Below are positions 16,906 to 26,598 of a stretch of DNA of 64,000 bases, piece by piece. The notes under the pieces were generated by a model. The model was not told where the DNA came from and ran no database searches. It was given only the letters and a program-made list of their open reading frames with translations. Made by a program: the position numbers and the translations under genes. Source of the stretch: Synergistaceae bacterium UBA5560 (GTDB taxonomy: Bacteria > Synergistota > Synergistia > Synergistales > Aminiphilaceae); assembly GCA_002425685.1 (NCBI GenBank), contig DIMS01000056.1, forward strand, positions 16,511 through 80,510. The letters run 5' to 3'. How positions within the stretch are numbered: the stretch's first letter is position 1; the number at the start of each line of letters is the position of its first letter.

Positions 16906-18186
16906 TCAGAGAAGCAGCCGGGGAAGAAGGAGCGTGATTCCCGGCAGGTAGGTGACGAGAAAGAGCACCGCCACGAGGATGAGCACCATGGGCACGATGG
17001 CCCGGCTGATCTGCTCCAGAGTGAGTCCCGTGATGGCGCTGGCCACGTAGATGTTGATCGCCACGGGAGGTGTGGCCATGCCGATGGCCAGGCCGATGAC
17101 GAGGATGAGCCCGAAGTGGATGGGGTCCACGCCGATCTTCTGAATGGTGGGCAGAAAGAGGGGCGTGAGGATGATGAGCGCCGACGCGGTCTCCATGAAC
17201 ATCCCCGCCAGGAGGATGATGATGTTCACCATGAGAAGGATCAGCAGAGGGCGGTTGCCCGCTAGGTTCATGAGTGTTCCCGCCACGGCCTCGGGGATTT
17301 GGTAGAAGGCCAGTCCCCAGCCGAAGAGCTTCGCCGTGGCGATGATGAACATGATCAGGGACGAGGTGATCCCCGCGCCCACGACGATGCGGTAGAACTG
17401 TTTCCACGTGAGGCTCCGGTAGATGAGGAAGGCCACGAGAAGCGTGTAGTCCACGGCGATGGCCGCCGCCTCGGAGGGGGTGAAGATCCCCGAGAAGATA
17501 CCCCCGAGGATGATCACCGGAGTCAGCAGTCCCCACAGGGCGTTGCGGAAACGGCGCCACTTCTCCGCTCCCGGCACGGGGTCGCCCAGGGGATAGTCGT
17601 GCCGGTGGGCGATCCAGATGGCGTAGGCGATGAGCCCCGTTCCCATGAGCGCCCCGGGAAGGAAACCGCCGAGAAAGAGCTTCGCCACGGATTCTCCGGC
17701 GATGACCGCGTAGAGCACCATGGGAACGCTGGGAGGGATGACCACGCCGGTGGTGCCTGCGCTGGCGATGAGCGCCGAGGAGAAGCAGAGGTCGTAACCC
17801 TTGCGCTTGAGCGAAGGGAGCAGAGCCGAGCCAACCGCCGCCGTGGTGGCCGCGCCGGAGCCGGAGATGGCGGCGATGAACATGGAGGCGATGGTGGAGA
17901 CGATGGAGAGCCCTCCCTTGATGCGTCCCAGGCCGCTTTCCGCAAAGGCCACGATGCGCTCCGAAATGCCGCCGCCGGCGAGGATGTCTCCGGCGAGGAC
18001 GAAGAAGGGCACCGCCACGAGGGCGAAGGAGTTGTTTCCCTCGAAGAGGGTCTGGGGCACCATTTCCAGGGGAAAGCCGCTCGCCACGAAGGAGGCCAGC
18101 GCGGCGAGGCCGATGGAGAGTCCGATGGGAACGCCCAGGAGCATGAGCAGAAGGAAACTGCCGCCGAGAAGAAGTCCCATGGTCAT
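16906..18186 (-). CDS. dctM: TRAP transporter large permease DctM
   Basis: ORF 16906-18624 trimmed to the ATG at 18186 (MTMGLLLGGSFLLL...). 12-TM DctM-type sequence. Overlaps dctQ by 4 nt. Confidence 0.85.
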   Translation of the reverse strand: MTMGLLLGGSFLLLMLLGVPIGLSIGLAALASFVASGFPLEMVPQTLFEGNNSFALVAVPFFVLAGDILAGGGISERIVAFAESGLGRIKGGLSIVSTIASMFIAAISGSGAATTAAVGSALLPSLKRKGYDLCFSSALIASAGTTGVVIPPSVPMVLYAVIAGESVAKLFLGGFLPGALMGTGLIAYAIWIAHRHDYPLGDPVPGAEKWRRFRNALWGLLTPVIILGGIFSGIFTPSEAAAIAVDYTLLVAFLIYRSLTWKQFYRIVVGAGITSSLIMFIIATAKLFGWGLAFYQIPEAVAGTLMNLAGNRPLLILLMVNIIILLAGMFMETASALIILTPLFLPTIQKIGVDPIHFGLILVIGLAIGMATPPVAINIYVASAITGLTLEQISRAIVPMVLILVAVLFLVTYLPGITLLLPRLLL

Positions 18187-18704
18187 TCCTCCTGGGGGAG
18201 GCGTTTCGCCTTCCACAATGTCAGAAGTCCCGAGAGAAGATGAAGGATGATGATGCTGCCGAAAAGGGGGTACATGAGATAGACCCAGCTCATGGAGATG
18301 CCCAGGGCCGGCGTGGTCTGGGAGCCCTCGGAGCGGACCAGCGCGGCGCCGTACCAGGCCACCACGGCGAAGAAGGTCACGCCCAGAATGTGCACGAGCA
18401 GGGCGAGGAGTTTCTGGAGCCCCTGGGGAAGGCGCTGCACCAGGAAGTTCACGGCCATGTGACTTCCCCTTTTGAAGGCGCAGGCAGCTCCGACGAGGGA
18501 TGCCAGAACGAGGAGAAAGCAGGTGAGTTCCTCCGACCAGGCGAGGGCGGTGAAGAAGAAACGGCAGACCACCTGAAGCGTGGTGACGGCGATCATGAGG
18601 AGCATGAGGAAGAAGAGGAAACACTCGCTCGCGTCGTTGATGCGGTCGCTGAGAAGAAGGAGGAGGGGGCGAGGCCCCTCCTCCCGGTTCGTCGCTGCGG
18701 TCAT
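18183..18704 (-). CDS. dctQ: TRAP transporter small permease DctQ
   Basis: 173-aa four-TM protein immediately upstream of dctM. Confidence 0.8.
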   Translation of the reverse strand: MTAATNREEGPRPLLLLLSDRINDASECFLFFLMLLMIAVTTLQVVCRFFFTALAWSEELTCFLLVLASLVGAACAFKRGSHMAVNFLVQRLPQGLQKLLALLVHILGVTFFAVVAWYGAALVRSEGSQTTPALGISMSWVYLMYPLFGSIIILHLLSGLLTLWKAKRLPQEE

Positions 18705-18711
18705 GACGCCC

Positions 18712-19683
18712 CTACTTGGTGTCCAGGATCTTCCGGATCAGTTCTTCGCCGAACTGGGGCCCGTACTGCGCGTACACGGATTCCACGGCCATACGGAAGG
18801 CCTCCGTGTCGGGGGTGGTGACTTCCATGCCGTTTTGCTTCACCAGCTCCAGCCATTCCGCCTCGCTCTTGTTGTTCGACGCACGCTCGAACTCCGCGGC
18901 TTTCTGAGCGGCGCTCTTCACGAGTTCCTTCTGGGCGTCGGAGAGCTTGTTCCAGGTCTTCAGGCTCATGATGAAGGGTGCGGGGGCATAGGCGTGGCGC
19001 GTGAGCGCCAGGTGTTTCTGGGTCTCGTAGAGCTTGAAGGCCACGATGACGTTCAGAGGATTCTCCTGTCCGTCCACGGTTCCCTGCTGAAGTGCCGTAA
19101 GGGCCTCCGTCCAGGCCATGGGGACCGCGTTGGCGCCGAGGGCCTTGAAGGAATCCACGTAGACGGGGTTCTGCATGACCCGGATCTTGAGATCCTTCAC
19201 GTCCGCGGGAGCGTTGACGGGCCTCTTGCTGTTCGTCAGGTTCCGGAAGCCCCGTTCCGCGAAGGCGAGTCCCTTCCATCCCTGGGGTTCCAGAGCGGCG
19301 AGGAGTTCCTGACCGATGGGGCCGTCCAGGACCTTGTAGGCATGCTCGGGATCCCGGAACAGGAAGGGCAGGTCGATGGCGCCGAAGGTGGGCACGAAGT
19401 TGATGATGGGACCGTTGGTGATGATGCCCATGTCCACCACGCCCATCTTCATGCGCTCCAGCAGGGTCCGCTCGTCGCCGAGCGTGGCGTTGGGGAAGAG
19501 CGTCACGGAGAGTTCTCCGCCGGAGCCCTTCTCCACAAGTTCCTTGAACTTCTCCGCCGCCAGGTGGAACGCGTCCTTCTCGTTCACCACGTGGGCGAGC
19601 TTGATCTCCGTCGCCGCGAGGGCGTTCCCCGCGAGGGCGAGCAGGAGACACGCGACGGTGCACAACAGCAGAAGACGTTTCAT
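18712..19683 (-). CDS. dctP: TRAP transporter solute receptor DctP (periplasmic binding protein)
   Basis: 323 aa. Signal peptide MKRLLLLCTVACLLLALAGNALA. DctP-family sequence. RBS AGGAGGTG. Confidence 0.85.
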   Translation of the reverse strand: MKRLLLLCTVACLLLALAGNALAATEIKLAHVVNEKDAFHLAAEKFKELVEKGSGGELSVTLFPNATLGDERTLLERMKMGVVDMGIITNGPIINFVPTFGAIDLPFLFRDPEHAYKVLDGPIGQELLAALEPQGWKGLAFAERGFRNLTNSKRPVNAPADVKDLKIRVMQNPVYVDSFKALGANAVPMAWTEALTALQQGTVDGQENPLNVIVAFKLYETQKHLALTRHAYAPAPFIMSLKTWNKLSDAQKELVKSAAQKAAEFERASNNKSEAEWLELVKQNGMEVTTPDTEAFRMAVESVYAQYGPQFGEELIRKILDTK

Positions 19684-19911
19684 ATCCCTACACCTCCTGA
19701 AAGATGAATGACCCCCGACCGCAAGAGAGGAGGAAGGCGCACTTCTTCGAAAGCCGCCTTCCCCCGCGAGCGGTGCATTTTCTATACCTCATCATCGTAG
19801 TGCCGTCAATGGAGAGTTCCGTTGATTTTTCTCCCGGGACATCCCCGGGAAAGAATGCGACGGTCCGGCGGAAAAGCCGCGCATCGAAAGGATTCCGTTC
19901 GGTGTCGCTCC

Positions 19912-21615
19912 CTAGGCGATGGTGTGGAGAAATTCGTCCAGAGCCGCTCCGGCGGGGACCATGGGAAGGACCAGGTCCTTCTGGGGAATGCGGAAATCCG
20001 CCACGGCAGGTCCCTCGGTGTCGAAGAGCCACGAGGCGGTCTCGGCCAGATCCGCATTCGAGTCCACCCGCCGGGCGGGGATGTCGAAGGCGCCGGCCAG
20101 TTTTTCCACGTCGTACCCCTCGGTGCGGGTGAAACTGTACCGCTCGTTCCAGAAAAGCTGCTGCCACTGTCGGACCATCCCCAGGGAGGAATTGTTGAAC
20201 AGGGCGATCTTCACGGGCAGTCCGTAGCGGGCGATGGTGTCCAGTTCCTGGCAGTTCATAAGGAAGCTGCCGTCTCCGGCGATGCACACCACCGGCGCGG
20301 GTCCCCGGGGTGTGCTCCGGGCGAGGGAGATGCCCACCGCAGCGGGAAGGCCGAAGCCCATGGTGCCGAGACCGCCCGAGGTGATGAAATTTCTGGGGAT
20401 CTCGGTCGTCCAGTGTTGGGCGGCCCACATCTGATGCTGTCCTACCTCGGTGACCACCGGCATGTCCTTTCCAGCCCGCTCCCGAAGGGCCGCGAGAATG
20501 TCCCAGGGGGCGAGTTCCTCCCGGGGGAACGTGGACTGCAGTGGGTAGGCCCGGCGCCACTCCGCGATGGCGGCGTGCCACGCCTCCCGCCCCGCCTTCG
20601 TCCGTTCCCGGCATTTTCCCTTCGTTCCTTCCAGAAGCAGGTCGAGCACTTTTTTCGCGTCTCCCACCAGGCGGTACGTGGCGGGAATGTTCTTGTCGAT
20701 CTCCGCGGGATCCCGGTCGATGTGGAGAATCCGCGCCTTCGGGGCGTAGCGGTCCTTGCGTCCCGTGCTGCGTTCGCAGAACCGGGTTCCGACGCCGATC
20801 ACAAGATCCGCGCCCGAGACGGCCAGGTTCGCCCAGGGCATGCCGTGCATTCCCACGAGCCCCAGGGAAAGGGGATGTGTCTCGGGGAACGCTCCTTTGC
20901 CCATGAGGGAGTTGACCACGGGAATACCCTGCTCCTCCGCCAGACGAAGGAGAGAGTCCCAGGCACCGCCGAGGATGACGCCGCCTCCCGCGATGAGAAC
21001 GGGTCGGGACGCGGAGAGCAGTGCGTCCAGGGCGAGGTCGAGATCGGCGAGATTCTCTTTACCCTTGGGGTCGTAGCCGGGGAAAGAGACCTCCGGCGGA
21101 TAGGCGAAGGTACCGGAGGCGCGCTGCACGTCCGCGGGGATGTCCACGAGGACCGGTCCGGGGCGCCCCGACCCCGCGATGTGAAAGGCCCCCCGAATGG
21201 CCCGCTGGAGGTCCTCCGTATTCTTCACGAAGAAGCTGTGCTTCACCATGGGAAGCGTGGCGCCGAAGATGTCCGCCTCCTGAAAGGCATCGGTGCCGAT
21301 GAGGCTCGTCAGGACCTGCCCGGTGAGCACCACGAGAGGAACGGAGTCCATGGCGGCGTTGGCGATGCCCGTGACGAGATTCGTCGCGCCGGGGCCAGAG
21401 GTGGCGATGCAGACTCCGGTTTTTCCCGAGGCGCGGGCGTATCCGTCGGCGGCGTGGCAGGCGGCCTGTTCGTGTCGTACGAGGACGTGTTTGAACTGTG
21501 CGTCGTAGAGCGCGTCGTAGAGTGTCACCACGGTGCCTCCGGGAATGCCGAAGGCCACCTCCACTCCTTCCGCCTCAAGAGCCTTCACCACCATTCGGGC
21601 TCCGGTCATCGTCAT
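19912..21615 (-). CDS. ilvB: Acetolactate synthase large (catalytic) subunit
   Basis: ORF 19912-21717 trimmed to the ATG at 21615 (MTMTGARMVVKALEAEGVE...). ThDP-binding motif GDGSFLMN. RBS GGAGAG. Confidence 0.9.
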   Translation of the reverse strand: MTMTGARMVVKALEAEGVEVAFGIPGGTVVTLYDALYDAQFKHVLVRHEQAACHAADGYARASGKTGVCIATSGPGATNLVTGIANAAMDSVPLVVLTGQVLTSLIGTDAFQEADIFGATLPMVKHSFFVKNTEDLQRAIRGAFHIAGSGRPGPVLVDIPADVQRASGTFAYPPEVSFPGYDPKGKENLADLDLALDALLSASRPVLIAGGGVILGGAWDSLLRLAEEQGIPVVNSLMGKGAFPETHPLSLGLVGMHGMPWANLAVSGADLVIGVGTRFCERSTGRKDRYAPKARILHIDRDPAEIDKNIPATYRLVGDAKKVLDLLLEGTKGKCRERTKAGREAWHAAIAEWRRAYPLQSTFPREELAPWDILAALRERAGKDMPVVTEVGQHQMWAAQHWTTEIPRNFITSGGLGTMGFGLPAAVGISLARSTPRGPAPVVCIAGDGSFLMNCQELDTIARYGLPVKIALFNNSSLGMVRQWQQLFWNERYSFTRTEGYDVEKLAGAFDIPARRVDSNADLAETASWLFDTEGPAVADFRIPQKDLVLPMVPAGAALDEFLHTIA

Positions 21616-21682
21616 GATCGTCTCTCCTCTCTTTTTCTCTGGAGCGTTTTTCGGAGCTTTTCGCGGATCGTCTCCGTTCCGG

Positions 21683-22819
21683 CTACACTGCCGCCGCCAC
21701 GGCGTCCCCGACGGCACTGCAAGTGGCGCCGCCGCCGAACTCCGCGGGAAGCGTGGCCTTGTCGGCCTTGCCGAGGACGTTTTCCACGGCGCTCTCGATC
21801 TTCGCCGCCGCTTCGGTCTCGCCGAGGGAGAAGAGCATGAGTCCCGCGGAGAGAATCGCCGCGAGCGGATTGGCCCTTCCCGTTCCGGCGATGTCCGGCG
21901 CGGAGCCGTGGACGGGCTCGAACATGCCGAGCCCCTTGCCGATGTTCGCCCCCGCAGCGACGCCCAGTCCTCCCGCGATGCCCGCCAGGAGGTCGCTCAC
22001 GATGTCGCCGAACATGTTGGGACAGAGAATGGTGTTGTACTTCCAGGGATTCCGAACCAGGTGGTAGCAGAGGGCGTCCACGTTGGCTACCTGGAAGTCC
22101 AGCCCCTGCCCGCGCACTTCGTCTCCGGCGATGGTCTCCCAGAAGCCGTAGATTTGGGGTAGGGCGTTGGATTTGGACGCCAGAAGAACGCTCTTTTCAC
22201 CCCGGCGCCGTGCGGTGTCGCAGGCGTAGGCGGCGATGCGGCGCACGCCCTCTTCGGTGGCGAGACCGAGCTGCACCGCCGCGTTCGTCTCGGGAGAAAA
22301 GGAAAGGGTCGTGGTGCCTTTGACGGAGTAGAGGTCCCGGGAGATCTCGACGGGAAAGGAGAGATCGCTCCCCCGTCCCTCGCCGCCGATGCCCATGTAG
22401 AAATCCTCCGTGTTTTCCCGGACCACCACGGTGTCGATGCGCTTCCCCTCGGGAATGGCCACGGGAAGGGGTGTGTTGGGAAAGCTGCGGGCGGGGCGCA
22501 GATTCACGAACATGTCGTAGTGGAAGCGAAGTCGCAGCAGAATGCCCCGTTCGAGAAGGCCCGGTTTGACTCTGGGGTCGCCGATGGCGCCGAGGAGCAC
22601 GGCCTGGCACTGCTCGAGTTCGCCGAGAACGGAGTCGGGAAAGATTTCCCCGGTGCGCAGATAGTGGTCCGCCCCGAAGGGATAGGGGTGCCACTCCACA
22701 CCGAAGCCGCAGGCCTCTCCCGCGGCGTTCACCACTTTTTGCGCCTCGGCGGTGACTTCCTTGCCGATGCCGTCGCCGGGGATGACGGCGATTCTGTAGG
22801 ATTTCGAGATCGACTTCAT
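21683..22819 (-). CDS. leuB: 3-isopropylmalate dehydrogenase
   Basis: ORF 21683-23263 trimmed to the ATG at 22819 (MKSISKSYRIAVIPGDGIGKEV...). Isocitrate/isopropylmalate dehydrogenase family motifs. Confidence 0.85.
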   Translation of the reverse strand: MKSISKSYRIAVIPGDGIGKEVTAEAQKVVNAAGEACGFGVEWHPYPFGADHYLRTGEIFPDSVLGELEQCQAVLLGAIGDPRVKPGLLERGILLRLRFHYDMFVNLRPARSFPNTPLPVAIPEGKRIDTVVVRENTEDFYMGIGGEGRGSDLSFPVEISRDLYSVKGTTTLSFSPETNAAVQLGLATEEGVRRIAAYACDTARRRGEKSVLLASKSNALPQIYGFWETIAGDEVRGQGLDFQVANVDALCYHLVRNPWKYNTILCPNMFGDIVSDLLAGIAGGLGVAAGANIGKGLGMFEPVHGSAPDIAGTGRANPLAAILSAGLMLFSLGETEAAAKIESAVENVLGKADKATLPAEFGGGATCSAVGDAVAAAV

Positions 22820-22854
22820 GGATGCGTTTTCGCTCCTCTCGGGATATGGGGCGG

Positions 22855-23415
22855 TCAGGCGGAGACGGCCTGTTCCTGCGCGGCGAGGCGCTTTTTCACA
22901 TAGGGCGCGAGTCCTCCCGTGGCGATGAGTTCCTGGAGAAAGGGAGGAAAGGGCGCGACGGCGTAGGTTTCGTTTCGGGTGAGGTTGGTGATGATCCCGG
23001 CAACTCCGTCCACGGAGAGACGGTCTCCAGGCTGAATCTTCGCGCTCGCCTCGGGAGAGATGAAGATGGGGAGCCCCACGTTGATGGCGTTGCGGAAGAA
23101 GATTCTCGCGAAGGAGGCGGCGATGATGCACGACACCTTCGCTCCCTTCACCGCCAGGGGCGCGTGCTCGCGGCTGGAGCCGCAGCCGAAGTTCTCGCCC
23201 CCGACGATGAAGTCTCCCTCGGAGATCTTGGAGACGAACGCGGGGTCCGCGTCCTCCATGCAATGCTTACCCAGCTCCGCCGCATCGCTGGTGACGAGAT
23301 AGCGGGCGGGAATGATCACGTCCGTGTCGATGTCGTCCCCGAACTTCCAGGCGTTTCCCTCCAGGCGGGTTCCCCGGGGAGATGCCTGGTTGTTCCGGTT
23401 CTCGGTCTCTGCCAT
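22855..23415 (-). CDS. leuD: 3-isopropylmalate dehydratase small subunit
   Basis: 186 aa. ...AWKFGDDIDTDVIIPARYL... typical of LeuD. RBS GAGGAGA. Confidence 0.9.
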   Translation of the reverse strand: MAETENRNNQASPRGTRLEGNAWKFGDDIDTDVIIPARYLVTSDAAELGKHCMEDADPAFVSKISEGDFIVGGENFGCGSSREHAPLAVKGAKVSCIIAASFARIFFRNAINVGLPIFISPEASAKIQPGDRLSVDGVAGIITNLTRNETYAVAPFPPFLQELIATGGLAPYVKKRLAAQEQAVSA

Positions 23416-23430
23416 GAAGAAGGTCTCCTC

Positions 23431-23643
23431 TCAGGCCTGGTCGTCCTGCCAGGGGTCTCGGTACGGTTCTCCGAAGGGACCGCAGAAAAGCCCTCCCAGA
23501 TAGTCGGTCTTCTCCGGCGCGCTCCGTGCGTCCTGTTTCTCCCGGGTGAAGAGCGGAGAACCGTTCTCGAAGGAGAAGGCGAAATGGGAATAAGTCTGGG
23601 GAAACTCCATGCGTTCCTTTCTTTCCGATTCCTTGCGTGTCAT
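23431..23643 (-). CDS. Hypothetical small protein (about 70 aa) encoded between leuC and leuD
   Basis: ORF 23431-23652. The preferred start is the ATG at 23643, preceded by GAGGTGGAG. The stop lies 15 nt before the leuD ATG, so the leuD RBS is inside its 3' end. GC3-rich codon usage fits the genome. No recognisable domain. Confidence 0.4.
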   Translation of the reverse strand: MTRKESERKERMEFPQTYSHFAFSFENGSPLFTREKQDARSAPEKTDYLGGLFCGPFGEPYRDPWQDDQA

Positions 23644-23703
23644 CTTCTCCACCTCATTTCGTCCGGTTGTGTCGATACTGCTGAAAAGGAAAGCCCTTCC
23701 GGC

Positions 23704-24984
23704 TCAAAGGGTCTTCCAGAAATCCCCGGAGACGAGTTCCCGGGGGTCGGTGATGTGCCCCGTCACGGCGGTGGCCGCCGCCACGAGGGGACCCGCCAGA
23801 TAGACTTCGCTCTGGGGATGCCCCATACGTCCCACGAAGTTTCTGTTGCTCGTTGCGAGACAGCGTTCTCCCGCGGCGAGAATGCCCATGTGCCCGCCCA
23901 GACAGGGACCGCAGGTAGGGGTACTCACGGCGGCACCCGCCGCGATGAAGATGTCCAGATAGCCCCGCTTCATGCATTCCGCGAAGACTTCGTAGGAGGC
24001 GGGAATGACGATGCACCGTACCGAGTCGGCGACGCGCCGTCCCTTGAGCAGTTTCGCCGCGAGCTCCATGTCCCGGAGCCTTCCGTTGGTGCAGGAGCCG
24101 AGAAAGACCTGGTCCACCTTGGTTCCGGAGAGTTCCGCCGCACGCCGCATGTTGCCCGGAGAGCTGGGGGCCGCCACGAGCGGTTCCAGCGCCGCCGCGT
24201 CGATCTCGATGCGCTGGGCGTAGGACGCGCCCTCGTCGGGGTAGATCGCCTCGAAGGGGCGCCTGCCCCGGGCTTTCGCGTAGGCGAGGACCGTCTCGTC
24301 GGGAACGAAGATCCCCGCTTTGGCGCCGCCTTCCACGGCCATGTTGGCCACGGTGAAGCGGTCGTCCAGGGGAAGATCCTTCACGGCGCCGCCGCCGAAC
24401 TCCAGGGCGGCGTAGCGTGCTCCCTGAACGCCTATGCGTCCCAGAAGAGCGAGAATGAAATCCTTGCCGGTGATCCAGGGCGCACGCGTTCCCTCGAAAT
24501 CCACCCGGATGGTGGGGGGGACGAGGAACCAGGTTTCTCCCAGTGCCCAGGTGGCGGCCAGGTCGGTGGAGCCCATGCCCGTGGCGAAGGCCCCGAGGGT
24601 GCCGCCGCTGCAGGTATGGCTGTCCGCGCCCACAACGATGTCGCCGGGAAGAATGAGCCCCTGCTCGGGAAGGAAGGCATGTTCCACGCCCACCCGTCCC
24701 ACTTCCCAGTAGAGCATGCCCGTCTCGCGGGCGAAGTCCCGGGCCTCCTTGGCCTGCTGGGCCGCCGCGATGTCCTTGTTGGGCGTGAAGTGATCGGGCA
24801 GAATGGCGCACCGGGCCGGATCGAAGACCTTGCGGGCGCCCATCTCCCGGAATGCGCGCATTGCGGGAGGAGCGGTGATGTCGTTGGCGAAGGCGAAGTC
24901 CACCCGGACGGAACAGATGTCCCCCTCCTTGGCGGAATCCGCCGTGTGCGCCGCCAGAATCGCGCTAGGCAGCGTTCGAGGCAT
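23704..24984 (-). CDS. leuC: 3-isopropylmalate dehydratase large subunit (short aconitase-family type)
   Basis: 426 aa with aconitase-family Fe-S ligand regions (GSCTNGR, CGPCLG). The start overlaps the end of leuA. Confidence 0.9.
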   Translation of the reverse strand: MPRTLPSAILAAHTADSAKEGDICSVRVDFAFANDITAPPAMRAFREMGARKVFDPARCAILPDHFTPNKDIAAAQQAKEARDFARETGMLYWEVGRVGVEHAFLPEQGLILPGDIVVGADSHTCSGGTLGAFATGMGSTDLAATWALGETWFLVPPTIRVDFEGTRAPWITGKDFILALLGRIGVQGARYAALEFGGGAVKDLPLDDRFTVANMAVEGGAKAGIFVPDETVLAYAKARGRRPFEAIYPDEGASYAQRIEIDAAALEPLVAAPSSPGNMRRAAELSGTKVDQVFLGSCTNGRLRDMELAAKLLKGRRVADSVRCIVIPASYEVFAECMKRGYLDIFIAAGAAVSTPTCGPCLGGHMGILAAGERCLATSNRNFVGRMGHPQSEVYLAGPLVAAATAVTGHITDPRELVSGDFWKTL

Positions 24985-26521
24985 GCAGTGTCACTCCCTT
25001 TGCGGCGGCGAGTTGATAGAGGCGGTTCACGGCGTTCACGTAGGCCTTGATGCTCGCCTCGATGACGTCCGTGCTGGCGCCGCGTCCTCTCGCCACGAGA
25101 TTGTCCGTTTTGAGGACGATGTCCGCTTCTCCCACCGCGTCGGATTTTTCGCTCACGGCGGTGATCTTGTAGCTCACGAGTTCGGGCTTGAAGCCCACGA
25201 TGCGCATCATCGCCGCATAAGAGGCGTTCACGGGGCCGTTCCCCGTCGCGGCGTCGCTCCGTTCCTCCGTGCCGTCGTGGAGGGCCACCGAAGCGGTGGC
25301 TCTTCCCTTTCCGGCGAGGTTGACGTTGAAATCCTTGAGGACGAAACGCCGGCTCGGCACGACGGCGAGGATGTCGTCCACCACGAGGGCCTCCAGATCT
25401 CCGTCGGTGACCATCTCCTTCTTGTCGGAAAGTTCCTTGAAGAGGAAAAAGGCCTCACCCACCTGGGTTTCCGTGAGGTTGTACCCCAGATCCTCCAGAC
25501 GCTTCCGGAAGGCGTGCTTCCCCGAGTGTTTTCCCAGCACGAGCTGGCTTCCCGGGGCTCCCACGTCCTCGGGAGTCATGATCTCGTAGGTGGCCTTGTT
25601 GCAGAGCACGCCGTGCTGGTGGATTCCCGCCTCGTGGGCGAAGGCGTTACCGCCGACGATGGCCTTGTTCGGCGGGACCTGCACGCCCGTGAAGCGCGAC
25701 ACGAGACGGCTCGCGCCATAGAGGCGCTTGGTGTCCAGCCGGGTCTCCACGCCGAAACGGTCCTTCCGCGTCCGCAGGGCCATGACGATCTCCTCCAGGG
25801 AGGCGTTTCCCGCCCGCTCGCCGATGCCGTTCACGGTGCACTCCACCTGCCTGGCTCCGGAGGCCACGGCCTCAAGGGAGTTCGCCACCGCGAGCCCAAG
25901 GTCGTTGTGGCAGTGCACGGACCAGATCACGTCGGGTCCCGCGTTCACCCGGGTGATGATCTCCCGGACGAAGGCGCCGAATTCCTTGGAGACCGCGTAG
26001 CCCACCGTGTCGGGAATGTTGATGGTGGTCGCCCCTTCGGTGATGGCGGTTCTGAAGACCTCCACGAGGAAGTCGATGTCCGAGCGGCTCGCGTCCTCCG
26101 CGGAGAATTCCACGTCCGGAATGAGGGACCGGGCGACGGCGACGGCGCGCTTGACCTCTTCGAGGACCTTTTCACGGGTCATCTTCAGCTTGTACTGGAG
26201 ATGGATGTCGCTGGTGGCGATGAACGTGTGGATCCGGGGACGTGCAGCGGGACGAACCGCTTCCGCGCAGGCCTGGAGATCCTCCGTTCTGGTTCTGGCG
26301 AGTCCGGCGATGACGGGGCCGGAAACCTGCTCGGCGATGCTCCGGACGGCCTCGAAATCTCCCGGCGACGCGGCGGGAAATCCTGCCTCGATGACGTTCA
26401 CCTGGAGGCGGGCGAGCTGGTGGGCGATCTGGAGTTTTTCCGCGCAGTTCAGGTTGATTCCCGCGGACTGTTCGCCGTCCCGCAGCGTGGTGTCGAAAAT
26501 GCGTACGAAATCCTCGCTCAT
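24965..26521 (-). CDS. leuA: 2-isopropylmalate synthase
   Basis: 518 aa. N-terminus [11 protein letters not shown] plus an HxH metal site and the C-terminal LeuA regulatory domain. Confidence 0.9.
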   Translation of the reverse strand: MSEDFVRIFDTTLRDGEQSAGINLNCAEKLQIAHQLARLQVNVIEAGFPAASPGDFEAVRSIAEQVSGPVIAGLARTRTEDLQACAEAVRPAARPRIHTFIATSDIHLQYKLKMTREKVLEEVKRAVAVARSLIPDVEFSAEDASRSDIDFLVEVFRTAITEGATTINIPDTVGYAVSKEFGAFVREIITRVNAGPDVIWSVHCHNDLGLAVANSLEAVASGARQVECTVNGIGERAGNASLEEIVMALRTRKDRFGVETRLDTKRLYGASRLVSRFTGVQVPPNKAIVGGNAFAHEAGIHQHGVLCNKATYEIMTPEDVGAPGSQLVLGKHSGKHAFRKRLEDLGYNLTETQVGEAFFLFKELSDKKEMVTDGDLEALVVDDILAVVPSRRFVLKDFNVNLAGKGRATASVALHDGTEERSDAATGNGPVNASYAAMMRIVGFKPELVSYKITAVSEKSDAVGEADIVLKTDNLVARGRGASTDVIEASIKAYVNAVNRLYQLAAAKGVTLHASNAA

Positions 26522-26551
26522 CTTCTCTCAGACTCCTTCCCTGCCAAGGCC

Positions 26552-26586
26552 CTTCTCCGCTCCGGCGCCTCCCGAAAGCGGAGAAG
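26552..26586. other. Intercistronic stem-loop between ilvC and leuA (10-bp stem CTTCTCCGCT/AGCGGAGAAG)
   Basis: Read directly. There is no U tract after it, so it is probably an mRNA structure or stability element, not a terminator. Confidence 0.3.
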
Positions 26587-26598
26587 GAGCACTGTTCC

